34,663 bases of DNA from IMG/VR virus record IMGVR_UViG_3300004213_000018, positions 1 to 34,663 of that record. One strand, written 5' to 3'. The translations under genes and the position numbers were made by a program. Below are positions 8,965 through 17,429 of this stretch, piece after piece. The stretch's first letter is position 1, and the number at the start of each line of letters is the position of its first letter. This DNA comes from a virus. Its lineage: Duplodnaviria > Caudoviricetes. Below the pieces are notes generated by a model, which worked only from the letters and a program-made list of their open reading frames with translations, searched no databases and was not told the DNA's origin.

Positions 8965-9329
8965 GGGTGGCTCCAGATTGCAAGGGTGATCGCCGCAGCT
9001 GCCGCGGAGGCGGCCGACAGGATCGCGGCGACCATCGCCCACTCGATTGCTGCGACCGACAGCACGGTTGGCGACAGCCACCACAGCAACACCGCGGCCA
9101 AAGCCACGACGACAGCAACGAGGGCGACGTTGGTCATCAGCGTGACCGGCTCGTGTAGCTCGGCACGGCGCTTACGCACCAGTTCGGCCGAGCGCCGCGC
9201 GGCGGCGTCCATCGACATGAACGGCCAGCCCTCGGGCTTCTCGCCCTCGCGGGCGGTGCCTGGCCATGCGACGCCCTCGCCGCGAAAGGCGTCACGGAAA
9301 TCGCTGATGTTCAGGGTATCGGTCATCAT
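8961..9329 (-). CDS. membrane protein (two C-terminal TM segments)
   Basis: Hydrophobic C-terminal half; translationally coupled at both ends. Confidence 0.7.
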   Translation of the reverse strand: MMTDTLNISDFRDAFRGEGVAWPGTAREGEKPEGWPFMSMDAAARRSAELVRKRRAELHEPVTLMTNVALVAVVVALAAVLLWWLSPTVLSVAAIEWAMVAAILSAASAAAAAITLAIWSHP

Positions 9330-9895
9330 GAAACACTCGCATGAATGTGCTGCCGCTGCGCTTCCATCAGCATGTCGATCTGGAAGGCCGCATCGTGCAG
9401 ACCGTTGTGCTTGTCCCCGTTGAACGGCACCTGCTTCTCCATGTCAGGATGGGCAGGGTCGTCGCGCAGGGCGGCGATGTAGGTGTTGAGGTCGCGCGCC
9501 AGCCGGTAGTGGAACGGCATGGTCATGCCGAGCTGGAGGAAATGGCTGGCGATCACCGTCCAGTCGAACGTGATGGGCTTGCCCCAGAAACGGAAGCCGC
9601 CGTCCGGCGCACCGTCGAGGCAGAAGGCATGGAAGGCCTGCCACACCGGCAGCGCCGGCTCGCTGCGGGCGATGATGCGGTTGTAGACCTCGCGGTTGCG
9701 GCCGAGCCAGAAATCCCGCGTGTCGCCGGTCCAGTGCCGGCGCGGCAGCAACTCGGGCACGCGATCGAACATGGGTCCGATCTCGCCGGTTTTGGCGTTG
9801 AACTTGATCGCAGCGACATGGAAGCAGCCGAAGACGGACGGGTCATCGTTGCCCGTCGTCTCGACGTCGACCATCATGTCGGTAAAGGCGCTCAT
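9326..9895 (-). CDS. DEDD-family 3'-5' exonuclease
   Basis: MMVDVETTG, WGKPITFDW, RDLNT, HNGLHDA. Start at ATG 9895. Confidence 0.85.
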   Translation of the reverse strand: MSAFTDMMVDVETTGNDDPSVFGCFHVAAIKFNAKTGEIGPMFDRVPELLPRRHWTGDTRDFWLGRNREVYNRIIARSEPALPVWQAFHAFCLDGAPDGGFRFWGKPITFDWTVIASHFLQLGMTMPFHYRLARDLNTYIAALRDDPAHPDMEKQVPFNGDKHNGLHDAAFQIDMLMEAQRQHIHASVS

Positions 9896-10119
9896 GCGAC
9901 GAACGCCGGCGCGCCCGCGCGCGGCTTCCACGAGATGCACAGCCAGTTCGGCGTCGGGCGATGCGTGGTGCCCTCGTCATCGACGATGCGATGACTGCCA
10001 TTGGCGAGCACATAAAGCAGCGCTGGGTTGCTGATGCGCAGCACGCCGCCGTTCGCATAGCGATACTCGCGGTACTGCTCGGTTGAAATGTCGGTGGGCA
10101 GGATGCCGCCGACGCTCAC
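9892..10119 (-). CDS. small conserved-looking phage protein
   Basis: GTG 10119 (GTGA overlap). DISTEQYREYRY...GSHRIVD...WLCISWKP. Confidence 0.65.
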   Translation of the reverse strand: MSVGGILPTDISTEQYREYRYANGGVLRISNPALLYVLANGSHRIVDDEGTTHRPTPNWLCISWKPRAGAPAFVA

Positions 10120-10541
10120 AGAGTTGGTTGCCAAGGGGTCAGCTCCTCGAATTTCAGGGACGCCCGGCCCTCGGCGAGGGTCGCTGCGTACTGCTTGCAG
10201 GGCATGACATACCACTGCGCATGGTGGAAGGAATAGATGTAGAAATTGTAGGGTCCGTGGACCCGCGCCTGCCGCAGTGCCGCGCTCGATTGGCCGGGCT
10301 GGATGCCGTGGAAGGAGAAGCTGGTCTTGTGGACCGTCGACTTCACCTCGGCATATTGCAGCAGCCCATTCAGCGTCACGAGATAATCGGACGGCTTGGG
10401 ATAGTCGCCGACGGCACGGCCGCCGTTGCGGCCCCGGAGATCAGCCTGATCCCAGAACCGCTCGACGACCGCGCCGAGGCGGGCCATGATCGAGAGGAAG
10501 CCCGCCTCGGCGGACTTACCGTCGTTGCGCGCCGGCATCAT
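10116..10541 (-). CDS. Holliday junction resolvase / PD-(D/E)XK nuclease
   Basis: GKSAE, PSDYLV...YAEVKST; adjacent to the polymerase gene. Confidence 0.75.
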   Translation of the reverse strand: MMPARNDGKSAEAGFLSIMARLGAVVERFWDQADLRGRNGGRAVGDYPKPSDYLVTLNGLLQYAEVKSTVHKTSFSFHGIQPGQSSAALRQARVHGPYNFYIYSFHHAQWYVMPCKQYAATLAEGRASLKFEELTPWQPTL

Positions 10542-10749
10542 CGACCACCGTCACGTTGGTGCGCAGCCAGTAGGTCAGCGCCAGCATGAAGACGAAGCCT
10601 AGATAGACGCCGCGGAAGGGCAACGACCAGTCGCCGGGGTTGGCCTGCCATGTGATCCACGCGGTCGCGCCCCACGAGAGCGCGCCGATGATGACGGTGA
10701 GCAACAGGAAGCCGAGCAGGCGGCCGAGTTGGGTGCGGGTGATTGTCAT
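10516..10749 (-). CDS. small two-TM membrane protein
   Basis: 77 aa with two hydrophobic helices; ATGA overlap with the polymerase stop. Confidence 0.7.
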   Translation of the reverse strand: MTITRTQLGRLLGFLLLTVIIGALSWGATAWITWQANPGDWSLPFRGVYLGFVFMLALTYWLRTNVTVVDDAGAQRR

Positions 10750-13352
10750 GCGAACATCCAGTCCAAAAGTTCAGCGACCTTCTGCTCCGAAAGAACGGTG
10801 CCTTCAAGGTCTTTGTCGACGACGCCGGGGATGACCTGTGCCTCGTCCAGCTCGATCTGGCTGAACGGGGTGCCATCGAACGGGCGGAAGGTCCGGCCGA
10901 TTGCCACCGTGCAGTGCAACGGCAGCGTTGACACGATCGTCGGGTGCTCGGTCATAGCGGCGCGCAGCAGCGGGATGAACGCCATCACGAAGCGACGGGG
11001 CACGGAGAAGACCAGCTCGTCGTGAATCGGCATCATCAGACGCGGCCCACCAAGGCCCATTGGCATGCCGGCGTCGGCGCAGAGGGTGCGCAAACGGATC
11101 AGCGACCGCTTGGCCATCGTGGCGCAGGTGCCCTGGATCATGGCGTTGACGGCTTGGTTCTTTGCGCGAGCCGACAGGCGGCGCGCGGCCGTCTCGGCAT
11201 AGCGCACCATGCCCGGCGCAGCCGTGATGTCGACGAACTTCTGGATCAGCGCCTTCTGCCACTCGTAGGTGGCCTCGAAGCGGTTGCGCCGGTGCCCGTC
11301 AGGCAGCACGACGTAGCCGTTCATCGCGGCTTCCTCCTGCACACCCACGCGCCACGCCTCCGCGATCGGGAAGCGCGCCCGGTAGTTGTCCACCAGCTCC
11401 CAGTGCTCGTCGTCCGACAGGCTCAGGTTGTTGGCGACGGTCGAGAGCGCGCCCGAATACCAGTAGGAGAAGTTCACGCCCTTGCCGACCGCGGTGCCAC
11501 GGGCGAACTTGTGGTAGTCCTTCGGCGTCAGAATGGTGCCGCTGAAGTTCCGCAACACACGGTCATTCGGATTGCGTCCGAACTTGAACTCGCGGAACTC
11601 GTCCTCGGTGAGGCCAGGAAGAGTTTTGACGCACAGCGCATCGACCGCGGCACCGGAGTGCATGTCACCGTAAGGGATCTGTCCGTAGACCTTGGCGAAG
11701 CCGGGATCGCCGGATCGATCGCCGATGAGGACCAGCTCGATGGCGGACCAGTCAGCGGAGACGACCACGCAATCATCGTCATCACCAAGATAGAAAGAAC
11801 GGATGTACGCGCTACTGCCCGACTTGGCGAGCTGCATCGGGTTGGGGAAGGACGTCGCGAGCCGGCGCGTGGCCAGCTGGGACGAGAGGGAGGGGTAAAC
11901 ACGGCTCGTCTCCGGGTCCATGAGCTGGGTGTAGGGCGTCAGGTACAGCTTCATTCGCTGCTCGATGTCAGCCATATCCTGCAGCAGTTCCATGACGCCG
12001 AAGGCCTCGGTGTTACCGGCCTTCTCGAACGCCTCACGGATCTTGCCGCGCGCCTCGGCATCCGACGCCACGCTGCCGTCGCTGTAGCGCATCTTCGCGC
12101 CCAGCAGATCGTAAATGATCGTGCGCATCGTCTGGTAGTAGACGAGGTTCAGCTTGCCGGCCTTGACCTTCATGCCCTGCTCGGCGGCCCATGCGTTGCC
12201 GATCGGGTTCGACACCTGGAAGCACTGCGTGAAGTCGTCGTCGCTGTCCGGCGACACGGCCCACAGTGCGATGTCGCTGCGCTTCTTCTGCCAGTTCTTC
12301 TCGTACCAGCTCTCGTACTCGGTCAGCTTGGCGTGCGGCTCGTCCTTGAACGGCAGCAGTGAACGAACGGCGGCCTTGAGCGTGCGCAGCTTGGCGGCCA
12401 TCGCGATGCGCTCCAGCCGCTGTCGCTCGAACACCTGCTCCAGATCGAGCCGGATGCCCTGCATCCACGCCTCGGCATACTGGAGAACCATCGGGTTCTC
12501 TTGGCTGAAGAACGCCTGCAGAGCGTGCGGGTTGAACCGCAGCATCTCGTCGAACATCCACAGGTAGTGCTGGACGGCCCAATAGGCGTCGTCGGCACCG
12601 TAGGAGCAGACCTGCTCACCGGTCAGCTCGCCCATGTGCGTCGCGCCGGCCTGCGCCAGCGTGTCCTTGAACGTCGCCTGCTCGTAGCCGAACCGGCTCT
12701 TGGTCAGCGCCTTGAGGCTGTAGCCCTTGGCGATCGACTTCACGAAGCCGTTGTAGCTGTGCTCGGCCTTGGACTCCTTGGCCGTGAACTTGCCCAGCAG
12801 CTCGGTCGCTTCGTCGGTGTTGCCGCCCTCGGCCCACGCGCGAACGATGTCGGGCACCAGCTTGTGGAAGGCGCGCGGGATCGGCGTCGCATAGAAGGTC
12901 GAGAGGTCGTACTCGTCGGGGCCGTGGTGCGACACCGCCATCTGCAGCGTGCAGACGAGGTTGCGCAGGTCGATGCCGGCGAACGTCATCGTGTTGGCGA
13001 TCTCGAACGGCGCGTTGTGCGCCACGCAGATCGTGTCGTCGCTGGCCGCGGCCAGCACCTGATGCAGCACATCGACCGGCAGGCGGTTCTCGACGTCGGC
13101 GTGGTTGAGGTTCACGTACCAGCTGTAGGGCGATCCCTTGCAGTGGATCGAGAAGCCGGTGATGACCGTGCGCCGCACGTCGAAGACGTGCCGGACGGCG
13201 GTATTGTAGAGGTTGAGGCCGGGGTGCCGGTTCTCGTCCTGCGTCTCGATGTCGTAGCCGTACAGCTCGGTCGTGCGCAGCTCTTCAAGGAGACGGGGCA
13301 GGGTGTGCTCGACGTTACGGGCATCGATCAGGATCGGGGTCGTATGCGACAT
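10746..13352 (-). CDS. polA: family A DNA polymerase with 3'-5' exonuclease domain
   Basis: Exo motifs YDIET, HNAPFE, YGADDA; TRRLATSFPNPMQL; motif A SADWSAIELV; motif B KGVNFSYWY; AVNAMIQGTCA; motif C PIHDELVF. Confidence 0.95.
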   Translation of the reverse strand: MSHTTPILIDARNVEHTLPRLLEELRTTELYGYDIETQDENRHPGLNLYNTAVRHVFDVRRTVITGFSIHCKGSPYSWYVNLNHADVENRLPVDVLHQVLAAASDDTICVAHNAPFEIANTMTFAGIDLRNLVCTLQMAVSHHGPDEYDLSTFYATPIPRAFHKLVPDIVRAWAEGGNTDEATELLGKFTAKESKAEHSYNGFVKSIAKGYSLKALTKSRFGYEQATFKDTLAQAGATHMGELTGEQVCSYGADDAYWAVQHYLWMFDEMLRFNPHALQAFFSQENPMVLQYAEAWMQGIRLDLEQVFERQRLERIAMAAKLRTLKAAVRSLLPFKDEPHAKLTEYESWYEKNWQKKRSDIALWAVSPDSDDDFTQCFQVSNPIGNAWAAEQGMKVKAGKLNLVYYQTMRTIIYDLLGAKMRYSDGSVASDAEARGKIREAFEKAGNTEAFGVMELLQDMADIEQRMKLYLTPYTQLMDPETSRVYPSLSSQLATRRLATSFPNPMQLAKSGSSAYIRSFYLGDDDDCVVVSADWSAIELVLIGDRSGDPGFAKVYGQIPYGDMHSGAAVDALCVKTLPGLTEDEFREFKFGRNPNDRVLRNFSGTILTPKDYHKFARGTAVGKGVNFSYWYSGALSTVANNLSLSDDEHWELVDNYRARFPIAEAWRVGVQEEAAMNGYVVLPDGHRRNRFEATYEWQKALIQKFVDITAAPGMVRYAETAARRLSARAKNQAVNAMIQGTCATMAKRSLIRLRTLCADAGMPMGLGGPRLMMPIHDELVFSVPRRFVMAFIPLLRAAMTEHPTIVSTLPLHCTVAIGRTFRPFDGTPFSQIELDEAQVIPGVVDKDLEGTVLSEQKVAELLDWMFA

Positions 13353-13364
13353 CTTGGATACTCC

Positions 13365-13586
13365 CTATGTCAGCTGGTGGATCTTGTAGTGCGCTACGGC
13401 CTCGGTCAGCTCGTTGCAAGCAATATCGAGGAGTTCATCAACCGATGCGCCGCTGGCCGCCGCGGTGCCGACCAGCACGCGGGCCAGCATGTTGAGCAGC
13501 GGTGCGGTGATATTGGTGGCCGGCTCGCGGTCGGCGATCGCCTCCTTGACGGCACTCTCGATCTTCTCGGTCAGGACGTGGGGCAT
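13365..13586 (-). CDS. hypothetical protein
   Basis: 73-aa helical ORF with TGATG coupling. Confidence 0.65.
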   Translation of the reverse strand: MPHVLTEKIESAVKEAIADREPATNITAPLLNMLARVLVGTAAASGASVDELLDIACNELTEAVAHYKIHQLT

Positions 13587-13804
13587 CAGCCATACGTCTC
13601 CCGTAGATCACGCTCGATCTGAACGGCAATGCTGCGGCCTTCGTAGCGCGCCTTCTCCTTGAGCTTGGCGTACATCTCCGGCGGCAGGCGCACGGTGAAC
13701 GCGGGATAGTCGCGGCGGATACAAACCTGATCGTCAGGGATCGGCTTGCGCCCGCGCCCGCGGCGGTTGGTCTGCGCTTGTTCGGACTTCAGTTCACGCG
13801 ACAT
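13586..13804 (-). CDS. Arc/Mnt-like ribbon-helix-helix DNA-binding protein
   Basis: DYPAFTVRLPPEMYAKLKEKARYEGRSIAVQIERDL, preceded by a basic RRGRGRKP arm. Confidence 0.85.
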   Translation of the reverse strand: MSRELKSEQAQTNRRGRGRKPIPDDQVCIRRDYPAFTVRLPPEMYAKLKEKARYEGRSIAVQIERDLRETYG

Positions 13805-14006
13805 CAGGTCGCTCCTTCTCTTCGACAGCGGCGATCGCGGCGTCGCGCGCCTGCCGGTAGGCCTGCGGGTCGCTGCGCAGGTTGCGGTAGGTGTCGAACA
13901 CGGCGTGGTTCAGGGCGCGCGGCACACGCCGCCAGTGCGGCCAGCACATCAGCTGGCCGTCCTTGGCCGGCTTCTCGCAGCCGGAGATTGCGCAGGCGTG
14001 GCTCAT
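13794..14006 (-). CDS. small Cys/His (zinc-binding) protein
   Basis: MSHACAISGC...LMCWPHWRRVP. Start at ATG 14006. Confidence 0.7.
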   Translation of the reverse strand: MSHACAISGCEKPAKDGQLMCWPHWRRVPRALNHAVFDTYRNLRSDPQAYRQARDAAIAAVEEKERPDVA

Positions 14007-14530
14007 ATCGTCTCTCCGTTCGCGTTGACGCGGCGCAGCTGGTTGACCAGCGATGGGTTCAGCCACCAGCGATCGTTCACCTCATCGCCGAGCGGCATGG
14101 CCTGCTGCATCCGCCAGAACCGCTCCAGCACCGTCTGCGGCACGCGGTGGTTCTCCGGCCGGCTGGCATTGCGGTCGATCACCTCGCCCCACGTCAGGTC
14201 GAAATAGACCACGTTGACGGCCATGCCATATTTGCGGGCGGTCTTGTGAAAGTTCTCGACGGCCTTCCAAGCCAACCCGGTATCGGAGAGGATCACGTCG
14301 TCGTAGATGCCGTGGCGCAGCGCGGTCACCATCGCCTTGTGCATCGTCGGGCCGATCAGCAGGGCAAGGTCGGGCTTAGCGGCCAGCTCGCCGTGGTAGC
14401 GGTAGCGATCGCCGAACAGGCACTCGCGCATCCGGTCGCGCTCCAGCCGCAGGGCGTGGCGGAAATGAGTGTCAGCGTAGGTCGACTTGCCGCTGCCGGG
14501 CAAGCCAACCGTAATCGTGAGCGTCTTCAT
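14003..14530 (-). CDS. polynucleotide kinase-like P-loop kinase (no phosphatase domain)
   Basis: ITVGLPGSGKST, ERDRMR, VILSDT, RNASR...VP. Confidence 0.85.
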   Translation of the reverse strand: MKTLTITVGLPGSGKSTYADTHFRHALRLERDRMRECLFGDRYRYHGELAAKPDLALLIGPTMHKAMVTALRHGIYDDVILSDTGLAWKAVENFHKTARKYGMAVNVVYFDLTWGEVIDRNASRPENHRVPQTVLERFWRMQQAMPLGDEVNDRWWLNPSLVNQLRRVNANGETI

Positions 14531-15306
14531 AGGAAGAACTTCTCCAGCAGGGCGAGCGCCGCGGCGCGGTCGGGAGTGCCGAACCGCGTGCCGCCGTCCA
14601 GCTCGTCGTCAGGCACGTTCTGGAAGTGAGTGACCAGCAGCATGTTCTGCAGCAGGTCGACGTTGGCTTGGTCGGTCAACCACGCCTTGATCGCGGGGGT
14701 GAAAGGGATCGGCTCGAACGCCGCCGGGTCGCCGGCCACGATCGCGGCCTGGATGGCGTCCCAGTGCGGTTCCAGCTTTTCCCAGCGGCCGTGGCCGAAG
14801 CCCTTGATGCCATCGATGTTGTCGCTGCTGTCGCCACACATCGCCTTGTAGAGCGCGATGCGCTTGGCATCGATACCCTTCATGTTCACGCCATTCAGCG
14901 TGCAGAGGTGGGCGATCTGGCCGTAGTCCATGTCGTTCGAATGGACGCGGCAGTGGACGCCCTTGGCGGCGAAGCGGCGCACCAGCGTGGCGATGACGTC
15001 ATCCGCCTCCCAGCCGTGAACCTCGAACTGGATGGCCGGCGAGTGCGCAGCGACGTCGCGCCACAGGCGGATCTGAGCGTAGATGTCCTCGGGCGTTGGC
15101 GACCGGTTCATCTTGTACTGCGGGTAGATTTCACGGCGGCGCGCATTGTGGTCGCGGCCATCCCAGCACCATATCTGGGTGCCGGCAGGCTGCGCCATCG
15201 CATGCTCATAGCGCATGCGCAGCGACATCGGACGCTGGCCCGGCAGCTGTGCCTTCTGCTCGAAGGCACGGCGCATGACGTTGTTGCCGTCATAAAGGTC
15301 GATCAC
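14527..15306 (-). CDS. 5'-3' exonuclease / flap endonuclease
   Basis: YDGNN, CWDG, RREIYPQYKMNR, WEADDVIA, SNDMDY, GDSSDNIDGIKGFG. GTG start at 15306. Confidence 0.92.
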   Translation of the reverse strand: MIDLYDGNNVMRRAFEQKAQLPGQRPMSLRMRYEHAMAQPAGTQIWCWDGRDHNARRREIYPQYKMNRSPTPEDIYAQIRLWRDVAAHSPAIQFEVHGWEADDVIATLVRRFAAKGVHCRVHSNDMDYGQIAHLCTLNGVNMKGIDAKRIALYKAMCGDSSDNIDGIKGFGHGRWEKLEPHWDAIQAAIVAGDPAAFEPIPFTPAIKAWLTDQANVDLLQNMLLVTHFQNVPDDELDGGTRFGTPDRAAALALLEKFFL

Positions 15307-15458
15307 GGCCACAGGACGACCCCTGCGGTGCCCTGCAGGACGGTCGCAGCGATCAGGAGCCAGCCAATGCGCGGCTGATCGATCGTCCAGTCGAACGCGC
15401 CAGCTGCGGCCCATGCACACGATGCGGCGCAGAGGAACAGGAGGATGGAGAGGATCAT
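15303..15458 (-). CDS. small membrane protein (51 aa)
   Basis: Translated by hand: MILSILLFLCAASCAWAAAGAFDWTIDQPRIGWLLIAATVLQGTAGVVLWP. Coupled by 4-bp overlaps at both ends. Confidence 0.65.
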   Translation of the reverse strand: MILSILLFLCAASCAWAAAGAFDWTIDQPRIGWLLIAATVLQGTAGVVLWP

Positions 15459-15784
15459 ATTTCTTGCTCCAGCATACCGACGACGGCGTAGAACTCTTCG
15501 TCGGTGCGGATGAGGGCTTGGCTCTTGCGCCAGCCGTAGAGGATCGAGGTGTGGTCCTTGCCCAGCAGCGCGCCTACGCGCGGCAGCGACCAGCCAACCC
15601 GATCAATGAGAACGTGGGCGATCGCCCAGCGCGCCCGGCTGATGTTGCCGTGACGGCGCTGCGATCGAAGCTCGTCCGGCGTGACGCCGAAATGAGCGCA
15701 GGCACACGCGACAAGGCGGCCCGACACCGTAGTGCCGGGCCGCCCCGTTGGCCGATCGGAGGTGAAGCCGACCGTCGCCAGCAT
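15455..15784 (-). CDS. stand-alone DnaA C-terminal (domain IV-like) HTH protein
   Basis: AHFGVTPDELRSQRR...ISRARWAIAHVL...SLPRVGALLGKDHTSILYGWRK matches the DnaA domain IV signature. Confidence 0.85.
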   Translation of the reverse strand: MLATVGFTSDRPTGRPGTTVSGRLVACACAHFGVTPDELRSQRRHGNISRARWAIAHVLIDRVGWSLPRVGALLGKDHTSILYGWRKSQALIRTDEEFYAVVGMLEQEI

Positions 15785-16464
15785 CAGTCGCGGATCTTCT
15801 CGATCAGCTCGAACTGGGCGACGCCCCACTTGTTGTTGTTGCGGTTGGTCCGCATCAGGTGGGTGACCTTCACCTTGACCACCGCATCCTGCAGGCCCTG
15901 CTTGGTGAGGGTCCGCACGAACGACTGGAACTCCTTGAAGCCCGTCACGGAGGGGGTGATGCCGATCCGCGTTTCCGCGGGGACCGTCACGCCGTCGCCC
16001 GACTTGACGTCGTCCAGCAGGGTGACGGGGATCTCGGCCGTCTGGTACACGCCCGAGCACTTGGTGGTCGCTTCCAGATGGGCGAGCGCCTGCTGGAAGT
16101 TCTGCCCGTTCGGCGTGACCACGCCGTCATAGGACTTGATGAACTTGGTGTTGCCACCAACCTCACCGCGCGCCGAGTAGATCGGCACGACCTCGTTCAT
16201 GTCGAGTTCGGCTTCGAACGACTCGAAATACTTCTTCATGTCCGTGCCGATCTGGAAACCGGCCTGGTCCATGCGAAGGTAGTCGTCGACGCTGATGCCG
16301 CCGGCTTCGGCGAAGGACGCCATGCTGGGCTTGGCGAGAGCGCCTGCGCCGCCGGCCGGGGCCAGCTGCTGACCGGCGCCCTGGTCGAGGGCCGGAGGCG
16401 AGAAGGAAGCAGCCGCGCCAGCGGCCTGATCCATGACACGATCGAGAGCGGAGTTCTGAGCCAT
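15784..16464 (-). CDS. conserved-looking replication protein, possible ssDNA-binding protein
   Basis: 226 aa, strongly biased codons, own promoter, beta-rich, located between helicase and exonuclease. Function inferred from context only. Confidence 0.6.
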   Translation of the reverse strand: MAQNSALDRVMDQAAGAAASFSPPALDQGAGQQLAPAGGAGALAKPSMASFAEAGGISVDDYLRMDQAGFQIGTDMKKYFESFEAELDMNEVVPIYSARGEVGGNTKFIKSYDGVVTPNGQNFQQALAHLEATTKCSGVYQTAEIPVTLLDDVKSGDGVTVPAETRIGITPSVTGFKEFQSFVRTLTKQGLQDAVVKVKVTHLMRTNRNNNKWGVAQFELIEKIRD

Positions 16465-16518
16465 TTTGTGTTCCTGTTTCAGATGTTGTTCGCCGACGCG
16501 GTTGCGACCGGTGAGGCG

Positions 16519-16547
16519 CTTTTAGCGTGCGCCACGCGCAATGCCAA
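16519..16547 (-). promoter_or_regulatory. sigma70-like promoter
   Basis: Minus strand TTGGCA-N17-TAAAAG (GCTAAAAG) upstream of the 226-aa gene. Confidence 0.5.
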
Positions 16548-16555
16548 GGTAATCT

Positions 16556-16578
16556 TAGAAGTTACCCGGCAATCTCTA
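16556..16578. repeat. short palindromic site (TAGAAGTTACC-C-GGCAATCTCTA)
   Basis: Shares the 16 bp AGAAGTTACCCGGCAA with 2396-2411. Abuts the stop codon of the DUF1653 gene. Confidence 0.8.
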
Positions 16579-16875
16579 TCGCAGCTCCGTGAACCGGTCT
16601 GCAGTGAACTCGTCGACGGGCCGGACGAACTCGATGTCGGCCTCGCGGAATTTGTCAAAATCGGGACCGGCGATACGGCGGTAGCGGACGCGCACCTTGC
16701 CGGTGTCGCTGTCGATGGCGTGGCCGGTGACCCGGTAGACGCCGCCCTTCTTGTGTTTGTAGGTCGTGCCCAGCTGAACACGCTCGCGAGCCTGCCGCAG
16801 CTCGTCGTTGAGGATCGCGGTGCGAGTGGCGGCCTCGGAAGAGGCATTCCAAGGTTCTTGCTGTGGATCGGTCAT
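16576..16875 (-). CDS. DUF1653-domain protein
   Basis: YKHKKGGVYRVTGHAIDSDTG..VRY...FVRPVDEF..RF. AAGGAG RBS. Confidence 0.8.
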   Translation of the reverse strand: MTDPQQEPWNASSEAATRTAILNDELRQARERVQLGTTYKHKKGGVYRVTGHAIDSDTGKVRVRYRRIAGPDFDKFREADIEFVRPVDEFTADRFTELR

Positions 16876-16880
16876 TAGGT

Positions 16881-16943
16881 TTCTCCTTTATAGGAATGCG
16901 TTTTTATCTAGTTACCGGGTAATTAGATAAAAAATATGTATTA
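16881..16943. repeat. long AT-rich palindromic element, copy 2
   Basis: TTTTTATCTAGTTACC-G-GGTAATTAGATAAAAA (16901-16933, one mismatch). Flanks also match copy 1. Confidence 0.9.
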
Positions 16944-16948
16944 TAGAA

Positions 16949-17209
16949 CTAAGACACCGAACCCGCGGCGCGTCGAAAGAGAGTGGCCAAAAGCGCCACA
17001 CTCTTGTAGCCCTGCGCGGCAATCACGTTCGGCGCACGGGCCATCTGCTTTTCGATGCGCTCGCTGTGCATCCGCTTCACCTCGATGAACACGTCAAAGG
17101 CCGGCAGGTAGAAGTCGAGACACTCAGGCTGTCGCTCATGCTCGAACTCGACGCCGGCCGCGTCCAGCGCGTCGGCGATCTGCCGCTCCATCGGGTCAGT
17201 AATCTGCAT
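16949..17209 (-). CDS. small PD-(D/E)XK nuclease-like protein
   Basis: ERQIADAL...FEHE...LDFYLPAFDVFIEVK. Confidence 0.7.
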   Translation of the reverse strand: MQITDPMERQIADALDAAGVEFEHERQPECLDFYLPAFDVFIEVKRMHSERIEKQMARAPNVIAAQGYKSVALLATLFRRAAGSVS

Positions 17210-17429
17210 CGACCCACGCCTTCTTCGCGTCGTCCCACTGCTCGACCATGACGAAGCCGAGGACGTGGGGCTGGAGCACGCGCTTGAGGACCGCCGCCTC
17301 GGCGGCCTCGTGAGCGTAGAAGGTCGGCATCAGGTCGTTGATGACGCACCGCACGGCGAACCGCGGGTGCCTGCGCAGGCCGAGCGGCAGGTCGGGGTGG
17401 TCGGCGGGGCCGAATGCGGTGTCGGTCAT
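17196..17429 (-). CDS. hypothetical protein
   Basis: 77-aa ORF with ATGA overlap on the helicase stop. Confidence 0.6.
   Translation of the reverse strand: MTDTAFGPADHPDLPLGLRRHPRFAVRCVINDLMPTFYAHEAAEAAVLKRVLQPHVLGFVMVEQWDDAKKAWVDADY

Noticed and set aside
14491-14506. GCTGCCGGGCAAGC, resembling the site family (also TTGCCCGGTCAC at 5012)
   Set aside because: Both lie inside coding sequence (the first encodes the GLPGS P-loop), are mismatched, and are likely chance.
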